DNA of 55,319 bases, counting the filler, from Platydemus manokwari (Eukaryota), in assembly GCA_037951405.1 (NCBI GenBank). It is 6 parts of 6 records of this genome, joined end to end, with 100 filler letters (N's around TTAATTAATTAA, not from the genome) between each part and the next. Parts side by side here need not be neighbours in the genome. Positions count along the whole stretch, not along the records: positions 9,038 to 17,822 come from JBBMOY011350649.1; positions 17,923 to 26,974 come from JBBMOY011286650.1; positions 27,075 to 36,050 come from JBBMOY011320316.1; 3 more parts are not named here. The stretch is one strand, 5' to 3'. Below the pieces are notes generated by a model. The model ran no database searches, was not told the origin of the DNA, and saw only the letters and a program-made list of their open reading frames with translations. This document shows positions 14,177-27,208 of this stretch, piece after piece. The translations under genes and the position numbers were made by a program. Within the stretch, counting starts at the first letter, position 1, and each line of letters opens with the position of its first letter.

Positions 14177-14795
14177 ACGTGTTTAGATATTGTATTAAAT
14201 TTGTTAATAGTACTGAGTTTTACGCGTGTTGTTATAGGTGAAGTTTTAATTGTAAAATTTTGATATTTTATGATAATTAGAAATAAAGATCCAACCTTTG
14301 ATTTTTGGAGTAAGCAACAATTTGGTTATTCAGAATCAAGAACGCAACATAATATTTTCAGTGAATATATGATTTATAAATTAATGTTTTCTATAATACG
14401 TCTTCAAAAAATTACTGAATATTATCATAGCAAGTGTCTTAAAGATTTACAAATAAAAATTTTAAATAATATTTAGCTCTATTGTTTATTCAATGATTCG
14501 TGAAATTAAAGACAATAATTTATGCTTTTTAAAATTTAAAACAAACGTAAATGTAAACATTTTAAAATTACAGAATCACTATAATCATATATAATGATAA
14601 TTATTGCTTTTATTTTCTATTTACACATTAATGTTAAAACAGGACATTTGTCGAAAATTATTTAAAATATCCTAACGAAATATCAGTGTTTTGTTATTTT
14701 ACTTTGTCTAAACATGTTTAGTTTAAAACAATATTTAACATCCTAATGTTCTAATTGTTCGTGACCTACACAGAATATATGTTGACCCAGTTATG

Positions 14796-14809
14796 GTTAC
14801 TAAGGTAAC
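14796..14809. promoter_or_regulatory. RFX X-box-like motif
   Basis: GTTACTAAGGTAAC resembles the X-box GTNRCC-N0-3-RGYAAC and lies upstream of the exon-like block at 15372-15630. Confidence 0.35.
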
Positions 14810-15371
14810 AGATATAATTAAATTTATTATCACTTTTATTTGATTATTTTCTTTTATGGTTTTATATTTCCTATTATACTTAAATTATTTAGTTCTTCAC
14901 ATTTCATTTAACTTCACTAAATAGATCAATTCATTTAGTAGATGAAATAAGAGTGTGGATATCAAGAATTATTTAAAGAACCTGAACTGTATCGATACAT
15001 AATAAAATTTTGTAAATTTAATGATAAGATTTAACTGATTCTGAATTTATGGCTCATTTACCTAAGGATCATTGTATCATTTTACGGAAATATGTTTTTA
15101 ACGTTAAATCATAGAAATATCTTTTTTCAATAATTGACAAATTGTCGATTCATAGTTTCCTTTGATTCCATAAAATTTGATTAAATAAAAAGCTATATGA
15201 AATTCTTGATTGCCTTTTGAAACTAGTAACGTTAGAGAGTTACCATGGATACGAGAAGTATGTCATCAAAAAATTTTGAATTTATGTTGTTAATATTCTA
15301 ATATGTATAATCAATGTTTTATAATCTGTTCCTAATACTATAAGTATTTTGTTCACTTTTTATATTTTTAG

Positions 15372-15630
15372 GATATCGATAAATTTATTAAAAGTCGATT
15401 GAAAGATACGAACGTAAGAGACATGATATTTGATTATTTTTAGTATGTTATTTTAGGCCATTAATGAAATAAACGAATATTTTAGTCCCAAAAGTTTAAA
15501 AAATCATAATTCGAATAATGATCCTAATTTAATCGGTTTATATGATAAATTTTATAAATTGAAGAAGAAGTTACAGATCAGTATCAATTTATTCAATCAT
15601 TATGAACAATACAAAGGTTGTGTGGTTTTG
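15372..15630 (+). CDS. Two in-phase exons of an unidentified gene or pseudogene
   Basis: Exons 15372-15413 (DIDKFIKSRLKDTN) and 15457-15630 (AINEINEYFSPK...YEQYKGCVVL) have TTTTAG acceptors and GTAAGA donors, with a 43-bp phase-0 intron. Upstream exon-like pieces could not be joined without a stop. Confidence 0.35.
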
Positions 15631-17762
15631 GTAAGATTTTTATTTGTCTTTATTATTATCATATCTTTTTGGCTGTAAAATATGATTCGAATCATCTCAT
15701 TTTTAACATATTTTATTTGACAGTAATTCAAGATCACCAGTGCTAATTAATTAATTACAAAAGAGATTGATAAATCTTCACTCGTGCTTATCATAACTCC
15801 AATGAAATATGGCATTTGTTTTCTATTAGGAAAATTAGTTCAATTTTTCATAGATTTGGAAATCTATTTTTAGTAATTTAACCAATTTTTGTTGTGTAAC
15901 AGAAAAATATTGAAAACCAATTGTCCTTAATGACGCGATTAATAAATATTATGAATTAATCAGAATGTTAATGAGATAAATTCCCAAGATTTAGTTTTAA
16001 TTGCAAGCAATTACTTGTTTTTAATTTTAAATTCTCCACAAGTCACACCTTACTTATAATTTAATAATAAAGTATCACAAGTTGTCGTCCATTTTAAAGA
16101 TTCTACAACAGACCTACACTTGAGGCCTAACATTTATATTTGCAGTTCTGGTTTATTTGTTTATTAAAAATAATTACGCTTCATTGTTTATAAATAGAAT
16201 ATATAAAAGGTTTCAAAGTAAATTTTAATCAATAATTAATTATTATATTATCATTATATATTATAACAGATTATTGTTTTTGAAATTACTGATGTGTTGT
16301 TTTTGGAACTACTAAAACTTAACAGACTCTTTAATTTCAATTTGGCTCCTTTCTGGGAACTAGGTACTCAACAAGATTAAACAAAACAAAATTTTTTATT
16401 TCAAAGGTATATTTTTATTACAATTTCCACAACGAATAAAGAAAAAACTCTGATAATAATTCAGTGAAATTCTTTATAAGCGAAAGGGAAATTTCTTCAC
16501 TTCAGCTGTACAATAAACCTTCATAACAAATACAGTTACTTCTACTTCTATAATACAATACAATGTCACACCGCTTTTACAATCTTACAGTCAATTGTAA
16601 ATCATTACTCTCAATTTTCGTTCTAATTTGAAATGATAAATCCCTTGATTTGATCACAGTAATTATACTACTTCAATAATGCGCTTTATCTTGAGAACAA
16701 CAACGTAACTAAATCCTATTGCATATCGCATCGTACGAAAATCGAGAATAAATTTCCTATGGCAAAATAACATCGTCAATTTATTTGACGTTGATTGATC
16801 ATGGTCCAATAACTTTCTCAAACTTAAACCCATCTCTAACCTTTATTTATAAAATATTAGAAATTACAAATGTATTAAAAGTTAAGATAGACCATGTCCG
16901 AAATATCGATCTGGAGATGTTATAAGAAGTAACTTTTTATTATCATTATCAATACGAAACAGCGGAAATTTCGGAACTCCGTAATTTCAAATTATAATTT
17001 ATTGTTGTTAGTAGTTACTTCGTTTAAAATTGAAGATTCAATGAAAGAATTTATTTTTAGGATTTTCTTAAAATAATTTAATATTAAATTTTCTATTAAT
17101 TTCATAAAATTTTAATATATTTTTTTATTTTCGAAATTATTATTAAATAATCAAGATTATTATTTAAATTTTTTAATTAAATTAGTATTTAATTTTTTCT
17201 TTTAAATTTTCCTCACAATCATTATGCTTTTTTTCTGTGGATTAAAAATTTAGCGACTGGTATGTGCGTTTTATTTTATTTAAGATAAATAAACACTTAC
17301 ATTGAACATTATTATCTTTTTATTATCTATATGTCAAAGTTAATAATAATTTTAATTAATATTAATATTATTTTATAGAAATTCTAATCGATTTTGTTTT
17401 TCAAAAGCTAATGATCTAATGCAATGTAGAGTATCACTAAAACATTTTAAATTTAATTAAAGTGCCTGGATTGCCATCAGCTAGTATTGAATGGTACATC
17501 GGAAAGCATTGCTAGCAAGGCAAAATATTTAATAAAATCATATAAGAAGTTATTTGTCAACTGTGGTTGTTGAAACAATTGATGTTGTTAACTAATCTGA
17601 TGTGATCGAATTGGAAAATGAATAAATTGTTCGGCGAGGCAGATATCGAATTTATAGATTGTTTTTGTTTTGATAATTTAAAATACTTAGTGCGAATAAT
17701 TAATAATTTATTTAAAATTTTAAATTTGATTATCAAAGATATGGACCTAAGTGAAGAAAATT

Positions 17763-17820
17763 GGTCCTTTGGCCTACTTTCGTAATAATGAATTCACGCA
17801 CATGAGATAATTTTATAACG
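17763..17820 (+). repeat. Dispersed repeat fragment with a second copy at about 21968-22024
   Basis: GTCCTTTGGCCTACTTTCGTAATAATGAATTCACGCACATGAGATAATTTTATAAC versus GTCCTTTGGTCTACTTTCGTGATAATGCATTTTCGCGCATTAGATAATTTATAAC. Confidence 0.7.
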
Positions 17821-17822
17821 AA

Positions 17823-17922
17823 NNNNNNNNNNNNNNNNNNNNNNNNNNNNNNNNNNNNNNNNNNNNTTAATTAATTAANNNNNNNNNNNNNNNNNNNNNN
17901 NNNNNNNNNNNNNNNNNNNNNN
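17823..17922. other. Artificial contig linker
   Basis: N44-TTAATTAATTAA-N44. Confidence 0.95.
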
Positions 17923-19009
17923 TTTTAGGCATAAGTATGGATGATGGATACAACAAATGAGCTATTTCTACAAATTAATGGCAGAAACATTTTTATAGAT
18001 TGAGGTTATTTTGACTTCCAGATAAGTATATTATTTATCAAGTCAACGAATACCACTGTTGTCATCTAAGCAGTGGTTGACCCAATTGAGTGCATAAGTG
18101 ATAAAAGAGGCTATCACGTTCGGATCTATGACAGTGTGAATATGGCATTAATTAATATAATTGATTGGGTTGGTTGTAGATCAAGTCCCTCCCAAGACAT
18201 GTCCATTCCATCTGACGTTATTGCCAAAATCTCTTTGATGTCTTATGTACTAATTGTGTTTCGAAAATAAAATTTCGAGTCAAACAAACGATGGAGCATT
18301 TCATTAAATTTTAATTTCCCTCTCTGATAGCCGAGTTGAAAAGATTAATGGGGAGTAATGCATACTTGATTTTCTGCTGAGAAATTGCAATCTGCTGTTA
18401 TAATTTTTTTGCACCCAAACAATTATATTTACATTTCAATTCATTAAATAACGAATAATTTTATCAAAAAATCTAAGACTCTTTATTCGAATTATTTTTA
18501 CTTTAAGTTTCCAATGACGGTTTTTCGTTATCAATATCATTTTGATAATGGAAAGCAATCCAATTCAGAACTGGTTCGATGACCATACTGATGAGTATAT
18601 AAATTGTTTCTATTTAATGTAATTTTATACTACTCATAAATTTTTTTAGTAAGTAGTATTATTTAAAAAAAAAACAATTCGAAATTATTATTATTGAAAT
18701 AATTTGAAAAAAAATTCTTTTTTTGTTTTAACTAATTATTCTGCTGTGTTTAATTTGAATTGGCTTAATAAAAAAGTTAAATAGCCAACTTGAGGAAAAC
18801 TAAAGAAAAGATTTCCTTTTTATTAATCATTAAATTGTTCTTTTATCTGAATAATTTTTTTTTCTTTGAAATAATATTTTAAATATTATTCGATATTCAA
18901 ATAGCTACCATATAGTTAACCATGTTTATTTTATTTTTTTTATTCTTAAATATGAAAGAGTAAAATTTTGTAATTTAATTAAACACACTCGAATAATCAT
19001 ATTTTCATT

Positions 19010-19464
19010 ATGCGCGTGCCTCATCCGAAATTCATTTCCGTGGACTCGTTCCTTTTTGGGGTGTAACAGCTATTTCTAGACCTTCTTATTTCAAAGTTGC
19101 AACAACATTATTAAACTGATGCCTTGTAATTGTTAAAAGAAAAGACGATAACACAGCTAGACCGTTTGTCAGTCCCAAAGTCGGATTTTCACTTTTGAAA
19201 AGAATAATCACTTGCCCTTGAAAGTCTGAAATCTGTTTCCTGTTTTATTCCATGACCAAAACAAATCAAAATAGAAATCAGTAGCCACGCATTTTATTCA
19301 TGATCTCATCTGACACTCAAAGGTTGTTGCGTAGCGCACGGGCGACATTGTGAGCATCTATGAGTGTAATTTAACATATGCCTTCAAAAAGCTCTATACA
19401 AGTTATTCTTTGTAAGAATAAATAGCAGTTTGACAAATTTTCCTCCTTTTTAGCGACCACCTTG
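19010..19464 (-). mobile_element. 5' terminal relic of a Tc1/mariner-superfamily element, same family as the DD37D relic at 38356-38740
   Basis: Ends in ...GACCACCTTG followed by TA (a CAAGGTGG TIR-like end on the minus strand). 19359-19441 closely matches 38645-38726, which abuts a DD37D transposase fragment. The left boundary is approximate. Confidence 0.6.
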
Positions 19465-19550
19465 TATTATTATTATTATTAATAATAATATAAATAACAG
19501 TAATAAGAATATTTATAATAAAGTTAATGTGTGTTCCCTAAGAAATAATG

Positions 19551-19601
19551 CATATATACATATACATATACATATATATATATATATATGTGTGTGTGTG
19601 T
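19551..19601. repeat. (TA)n/(TG)n microsatellite
   Basis: CATATATACATATACATATACATATATATATATATATATGTGTGTGTGTGT. Confidence 0.9.
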
Positions 19602-22600
19602 AAAGCGAGCTCCAAATAAAATAACAATTACTATTAATAATATACAATTAAAATTAATAGTAGCTAAGTGTAAGTCTAATAGACAATATAGACTATTAAT
19701 TATTCGATTAATTAATATTTTGTTTCTGTTGAAATGAATTTCAGTCTCCTGTGTCTTCGCTACAAGTGCCCTAGTTGTTGAATAATTTACCGAGGTTTGG
19801 ACCTGTATGTGTAAGCAACCCATCTTATTGTGGTAAGTTTACTGTAATGGTTAGACTGTAACCAATATATTTAAAGTTAGGATAAATTCATGTAAATACA
19901 TTAATACAATGATAATTATTATATTCATTTTAGCAAATTAAAATTATTTGGAAGTTGAAATTAATTTGTCAATTATAGGATTGTTCCTTTTCAATAATTC
20001 GAAATTGTAATAATTGCTTATTGTAAATAGAATAGTCAATTTGTGATTTTTCTGTGGCTGTTTACCGAATTTTTTAAAATTAGAGTTGCATTTCCAGTAT
20101 TTTGTGGATTAATTGCTTATTTTTCATACAATAATGTGCAATAAAGTTTATTTTTAAATTGTGGTACTGTTTTCTCTTCAGGATTATAGCTCAGAAAATT
20201 TGTCGACAATGTTATTTTATATATAAAAGTTATCCAAATATTTCGGTAGATAGTTTTGGGCAGTAATTAAATAGATTAACTAGACATTGATAAAGTTATA
20301 AATTGGTAAAAGTATAGTTTAACAGTTATTTCTAATAAATCTATTGTCGAGCTCACGCTGTTTGAGAAAGCATTGTAGGCATTCAGATCAATTTATATTC
20401 ATATAATATTTTTTATATAATTTATGTAGTTAAAATCCTCCTACATCATTGCTAAAGGCCATCGAAACATAACGTTTGATATCTCAAATTGAATGGAGTT
20501 TGTTTTAATTAACAATAAACTTTGTACAACAAACCTGGCTCTCGATTTGATAATTATCATTATTAATTGATAATTATAATTATTATAATAATTGTTTTTT
20601 CTTTGAAGTTCCTTTTATAGTTGCAATATAAAAAAACTCCTACGAGTTAGTTTATTACCGTAAACTAATAATTGGCAAAAATTGAAGCTAGTCTACACTC
20701 ATTCAATTAATTTATAAAGAACATTGAATTGTGCCTTATCCTTGCTATAGTATGGTTATGAAATTTAATCTTAAAAGCCCCTTCACATTGAAGTATTATA
20801 AATTAATATAAAGAATATCAAGTAAAAGGGCTTTGAATATAATTGATCATGTGATTAATTCCGATTACCCATTATTTGTCTTTAAGGTTTTTGTGTTCAG
20901 GTTGCGCGTATCAACAACAGGCGTCAGACACCAAGATAAGCCAATTGAATATAATACGAAGAGAATTTATTAATAAATTAGTATGGAGATTGTTCCACCA
21001 AATAAAAAGGTACATTAATAAGGCAATACTTCAATGTAATTAATTAATTAATTAGAAATTATGCTTTGAGAGTTGTATGTGAGCATTTACAATATATTTT
21101 CCTGAAGTATTAATTAGGCTAAATGTTTTCGAAATTGAGGCTCGAATATGTGTGTTATCAATAGAGATGAATATTTGCAATCAGAATTTATCTTAAAATG
21201 ATTAAGAAAATAACAGTAAGTGCGTTTATAGAGATACAATCCGCCACACAACCACGCAAAATCCAGGATTGTTCTATCAGTCTTGAAGGTAATGATTTCA
21301 ATTGTATAAAGATATAATTGGTTAATGAAGGTAATCAAAGCTTATATACCTCTGTAGTGACGCTTTATATTACATCCATAAGCTGATTTATCCCTTTAAT
21401 TTGATGGTCCCCGGAAACCCGTAGTACCACGAAAAATAGATATATTAATTGAGCCAAAAATAATTAGGTGATGTGGAATATTGATTGAATGAGAGATTTG
21501 AGTGTGAAATAAAAGATGATCATTGATATCAATAAATAGATAATTTTAATAATAATTTCAATAGACAAAATATTTAATTAAATTTTAAGAGCAGAGTATT
21601 ATTGATTATAGTAATTAGGGTAAATAATGTATCGAATAGAGATGCAAATAAAATTCTTCATTTCCAATCATGAATGATACAACAACTGAAAAATTAGGAT
21701 AGAAAGTCCATGTGTTGGTTTTATTTTAATTTATTTTTACTTAAATATTTCAGAATTATGATTGATGATTGCTGCTGTCATTTATTTAAAACTTCTCCAG
21801 TTATTTATATTCTTTCTTTATTTCTTTATTATTTCTGTCATTTTCGATGCTAAGCGATTTTAAAAAAATACTTCCATCTTCTATACTGATTCGAACATAC
21901 ATAAAAATAACAAAGTTCTCGAATTCATTTGAAGAAAATCAAAATTCTGGCTTAAAATAAGAAAAAGTGTCCTTTGGTCTACTTTCGTGATAATGCATTT
22001 TCGCGCATTAGATAATTTTATAACTTAATTTTATTTAATATATAACGGTTATGTTTGATTTATTCGTATAATTCAGTTAATATTTCATTTTTTAAGATGT
22101 CTAATAGTGTAAAAAAACCAAGTTTCCATTCTAATCACAACACTTCTATATGATTATTTGAGTTTTTAAATTATAATTTTTATAATTATAAATCGAGTTG
22201 GTTAATTACAGATATGTTTAATAATATCATTGCTTATTTTCATAAAATAATTGTAAAAATTGAGAATATCTCTGAATTCGCTTCTAATATTAAAAATGGG
22301 TCCTCGCTAATTTTCAATAAATTGCAATTCGACCTACTTTTTTGTATTGTTTCAAATAATCAAATTTTAGGAGGTTTATTTAGCTTTAATCTATTAATAT
22401 TTGATTCCAAACAACTAAAATTCATTTTAAGTACTTAAATAAAAAATTCAAAATGTTTTTAAAGAATATAATTAAATTAACTATATAGAATTTTGCAACA
22501 CACTCAACAAATTTAAAATTTCATTTTTCATGGTCCAAATAAATCTTCTCTTTAGAAGTAGCTCATATATAACAAAGTGATATGGTGCTGAAATAAATAA

Positions 22601-22746
22601 TTTTTATCAAGTAATTGTAAATATTTGTATCTGATCTGAAGTCATATAACAAAAATATGAAGTAGCACAACAGCATTTTTAATAAATTGACATCACAGCG
22701 TAACATTTTTAAAAAAAATCAATCTATCATGGATAAATCTTAGATT

Positions 22747-23218
22747 TTAATGAGGCCATTTGAATCTTCTATTGTATTCTGAAATTTTTTCCACATGTTC
22801 CGGTTTCTGAAAATTCACTCTTTCCAATAATCCTTCATATGTAGGATTAATGATGCTTTCAAATTCTAAATCAAACTGAGGCCATTTATAACGTCTTTTG
22901 TATTCAGATATTCCAGGATAATTAACCATGATTCCAGCCATTTCCTTGAATATTTCATATTTTATTATACATACCTATTGCAATATTTAATAACTTGTGG
23001 AGTTCGTTCTGTTGTAGAAGCATCATAATAGGGCATATAGGTTTCTTTTTGAGAATGGTCGTTTATTTGATCATTATAACTTCGCGATTCTTTTAAATTG
23101 AATCTAGGGCTAACTGAACTACGAATAGGATCCTCGCAAAAAGTAACCTTGGAATTAATTGGTAATAAAATAATAAAATTTAATTAGATTATACTTTCTT
23201 TGAAACCGATAATTCCAT
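22747..23218 (-). CDS. Small three-exon protein (124 aa) with two MDM1/SAXO-like motifs; candidate microtubule or ciliary inner protein
   Basis: Exons 23218-23195, 23147-22995 and 22944-22747 with phase-0 GT-AG introns of 47 and 50 bp give MELSVSKKVTFCEDP...TPQEMAGIMVNYPGISEYKRRYKWP...KISEYNRRFKWPH*. The repeated ISEYxRR[YF]KWP resembles the SEYxRxFxW repeats of MDM1 and SAXO-family proteins. Confidence 0.65.
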
Positions 23219-23552
23219 TTATGATATTTTTTTAAATTTTCAAATGAATACAGATAGATTTATAATTAGTCTTGTAACCATATCGACCAGGAATAAAGCG
23301 ATTTTATTGGTCAATGAAATTGGTGAATATATTTGTAATACCAATGCTTATCATAATATTTTATGTGAAAATGTTTATTAATATTTTGATAAATGAATGT
23401 GAATTTGTAAAAATGGTCAAATATTTTTAAAAAATTCTCAAAAATTCCATCTAAATAAATTATTACATTATAATTGTATACGGAAAATTATGACACATAA
23501 TGCACAATGTCGTGTCTGCATGCCTATTGTTAATGTGCATTATGATAACAGA

Positions 23553-23566
23553 ATCACCAAGACAAC
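23553..23566 (-). promoter_or_regulatory. RFX X-box-like motif in the divergent promoter
   Basis: Minus-strand GTTGTCTTGGTGAT, about 70 bp upstream of the DYDC-like ATG. A weaker motif, GTAACCATATCGAC, lies about 55 bp upstream of the opposite gene's ATG. Confidence 0.4.
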
Positions 23567-23637
23567 CATTACCAATTCGTTGTTATTGACTTTAAAGCGT
23601 GAATTTGAAAAAATTATTATTTATTTGAAGTACTTTA

Positions 23638-24945
23638 ATGTCTATTGATTCAAGATCAGGAACATCATTCTCTCAGGAGAATATTACTAAAGAGGCTGAT
23701 TATTTGATCGATCATGTTGGTGATGCTCTACAACGCGGTTTAACAGCCATACAAACATATAAACCCAAAGATCCTATCGAATATTTGGCAAGATATTTAT
23801 ATAAATATGTGGACAATATGAAATGCCGAAAACAAGTGAGTGGGTTACGGTTAATATTATAATTAATGGGAATTTTAGCTAGAGATCGATGCAGAAAACT
23901 TACAGAGAGAAATTTTGGAACACGAAGAAGAAATAAGATTACAGATCGAAAGAGAAGAAGAAAGAAAGAGAATACAAATTGAAGAAGAAGAAAGTCGAAA
24001 GGTAAGAGCGAATAATAATATATAAAATTGTTTATAAAACTCTGTAACATTAGGCAAAAGAATTAGAAGAAAACCAAAGAATAGCCGAGGAAGAAGCGCG
24101 TTTAAAAGCTGAAGAAGAAGAGAGAATAAGAGCGGAGAAAGAAGCAGAAGAAGCATCGAAAGCTTTATTAGAACAATCTGCTGAAGTCAATGAAGAACAA
24201 GATGGATTGAATGAAAATGCAGTTGAAGATGGCAAACTACCTCCAGTTGTTGAGACTGATGAATATGGTTAGGAGAAGAATCTTGAATAAATATAGCGAT
24301 AATAATAACATTAATAGTAATAATTATAACAGCATAATATTAATATTAAGACTAATTATGATAGTAATAACTTAATATAATAATAGTACAATAATTATTA
24401 CAATGATAATAATTATAAATATAAACATATGAATAATAATAGTTATTATAATGATCAGTTTAATGGTATCAACATCAGTATTGATTAAAAGTAAATTAAT
24501 AATAATAAAGTTATAATAACATATGTTATACTATTACTAATAATAATTATTATAATTTTTAATAATATTATTAACAGTGTTTATAATAATATTAAGACCA
24601 AATAATAATAGTATTATTACCAGTATTAATAGTTGAAGTAATGATAATTAATATTTTAAAATTTTCAAANNNNNNNNNNNNNNNNNNNNNNNNNNNNNNN
24701 NNNNNNNNNNNNNNNNNNNNNNNNNNNNNNNNNNNNNNNNNNNNNNNNNNNNNNNNNNNNNNNNNNNNNNNNNNNNNNNNNNNNNNNNNNNNNNNNNATT
24801 TTTAAATTATGTTTATCCAGAAAATTCGACAAGAGAAGCAACAAAAGCTCTAGATGAAAACGAAGAAGATAATACAATACATGATAATATCGACAACAAT
24901 GAAAATCCAGACGATCAAGCAATAAATGAAGATCTTGATGAATAG
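23638..24945 (+). CDS. DYDC: DPY30 domain-containing protein (DYDC1/2-like, radial-spoke type), about 219 aa
   Basis: Exons 23638-23835, 23879-24001, 24054-24267 and 24821-24945 are all GT-AG and phase-consistent. N-terminal Dpy-30 motif DYLIDHVGDALQRGLTAIQTYKPKDPIEYLARYLYKY is followed by a Glu-rich coiled coil and an acidic tail. An N gap in intron 3 could hide an exon. Confidence 0.85.
24298..24660. repeat. Degenerate (AAT)n low-complexity tract in DYDC intron 3
   Basis: AAT/TAA/ATT triplets run up to the N gap at 24670-24797. Confidence 0.85.
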
Positions 24946-26545
24946 ATAAAGATTTTCAATAAAATTTTCATTTTTCTTTAAAACTTTTGTCCAAGATATT
25001 TTCAAATAATCTAATAATAACTTATTAATAAAATGTCTACATTTTTAGCTTCTGATACCATTTACTTTTTCAGATTGTCAGAGACATGTCAACTCATTGA
25101 TTATCAATTTTTGTGAAAATAAAGTAAAATTTTTAGAAGTAATTTCAGTCACATTCATGGTCTTCAACACTTGAAAATTCCTTCATGATATTTTAATATA
25201 TCGGAAATTATATATGGTGTGTGTGTTATTCATAAATACCCTGAAGAAGCATGAAATTTGTAAACATTTATTCAATTATCAATAGATCTTAATAGATGAG
25301 TATTTTACTCATCGTTAATTTTCACTGACAGCTTTTACATTAATTTCAAATTATTAATCACAATTGGACTAAGTAATATAGAAAGGAAACCTTTCATATA
25401 ATTTTGAATTTATTAACGGTAAATATACAGAAACTTGGCCCAATTAGCAGACATTAGATATAAATAATGTTTATACTTTCCTAACAAAAATTATAGATCT
25501 AGATATTTCAGAATGTACTGAAATTTATGAGAGGAAAAAAAATTAGAAAAAACATCCTTACATGTCCATATAAGCAATTTATCAATTTCAAATTCAATTT
25601 GAAAATAACCGACATTATCAGTTAAGTACTTATTGTTTTAACCAATTTCAGTATCGAGATTTCGGTTAATCAATTCTTTCGGAATATCATTTTTTTATTT
25701 TGGAGTTTATAATTTCCAGTAAAAATTTGAATTTAGAAGCATTAGACCTGTGGTTCCAGCTCTCTTATAATTTCTTCATTGTACACATTTCTTCGTCACA
25801 CATTTGTCCACATATTTATTGTATTTTATCAAGTCAACTTATAAAGCGTCCATTAGTTATCTATCTTATTATTATACATATTCATTAATTACAAGAAACA
25901 TTCTTCCGTAAACATGCTAGATTATTGATGGGTCTTACAGATTCCAAATCGCATAATTAATGAACGTAAATTCTACTTAAATTAAAAAAGATTTTATAGA
26001 TAATTTATTACAGATAAATATCTGTACAATTGATCATCAAACCCACACATCCGATAATGATAAACAAATAAAATCAAAATGAATTTTAATCAAAATGCCC
26101 TTTTTCGTCAGAACAAATAAAGTATAAATCAAAACTCAAAATGATAAGCTTGAAAGTGACATTATAATAGAAAAGAAAGATAAACTGACACAATTATAGA
26201 AAACAATTAGAGTATTGAAAAGGTCATTTTGGTAAAAATATAATTTGCTCTAATTTGTGTTCATTAATTTAAATATTAACAACATAAAATAAATTTTAAA
26301 ATTTCAATTTTTATATGAAATATATTGAATAAATTTTAAATACTGTTAAATAAACAGAAATAAAGCTTTTATGACTCAATAATTAATACATTGAATTATT
26401 TTATTTCCATTTTGTAATGTTGTTTAAATCAATCAATTGTAAAATATTAACCTTGAATTCAAATAAACTTTAAATTATAATTTATTATCGTGGTAATTAA
26501 TGTCACCAAATTAACTTGTGCAATTATAATAACTAATTACAAACA

Positions 26546-26904
26546 ATGGAAATCTGTGTTCCATACATGAATGGAAATTATTGGGATTCATTATCCAGTG
26601 AATATCAAAATCCATTATCTGATGATGAAGAAATCCAATACACTAATGTGACATCAAAAGTTTTCGAAAGATCACGAATAAAAGCATTAGCTGGTTGATT
26701 TATATATTTATGCATATACTGATTTTTTAAAATTTCGATTCTTTATTATCAGATGAACGGGAAAATGTTCAGAAGAAAACTTTCACCAAGTGGATAAATT
26801 CATTCTTAATGCACATCAGTGTGACGATTGATGACCTCTATATCGATTTGAGGGATGGAAAACATCTTCTAACTCTTTTGGAAATTCTATCTAAAGAGAT
26901 TGTG
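26546..26904 (+). CDS. beta-Spec: Spectrin beta chain, first two coding exons (start of the CH1 actin-binding domain); truncated by the contig end
   Basis: Exons 26546-26693 and 26753-26904 encode ...[32 protein letters not shown]...[22 protein letters not shown], the characteristic beta-spectrin N-terminus. Confidence 0.95.
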
Positions 26905-26974
26905 GTACGTATGTTTATGTCCATTTTATTAAGGTTTTTATTTGCAAGTTGATTATTATGATTTCTATTATTAT

Positions 26975-27074
26975 NNNNNNNNNNNNNNNNNNNNNNNNNN
27001 NNNNNNNNNNNNNNNNNNTTAATTAATTAANNNNNNNNNNNNNNNNNNNNNNNNNNNNNNNNNNNNNNNNNNNN
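26975..27074. other. Artificial contig linker
   Basis: N44-TTAATTAATTAA-N44. Confidence 0.95.
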
Positions 27075-27208
27075 GTCTCTTTTAATGTAGAGTAAGTAAA
27101 TTTTATAGAACAAATAATTTGAATCATTTCTTTTAAAATATTAATTAAAATTTAAAAATTTGTTTTATTATATTAAAATCGATTATTATTATTAATAAAT
27201 CGATTAAC

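Noticed and set aside
23712-24922. Leu/Ser/Phe-rich minus-strand ORFs
   Set aside because: Antisense to the Glu-rich DYDC exons.
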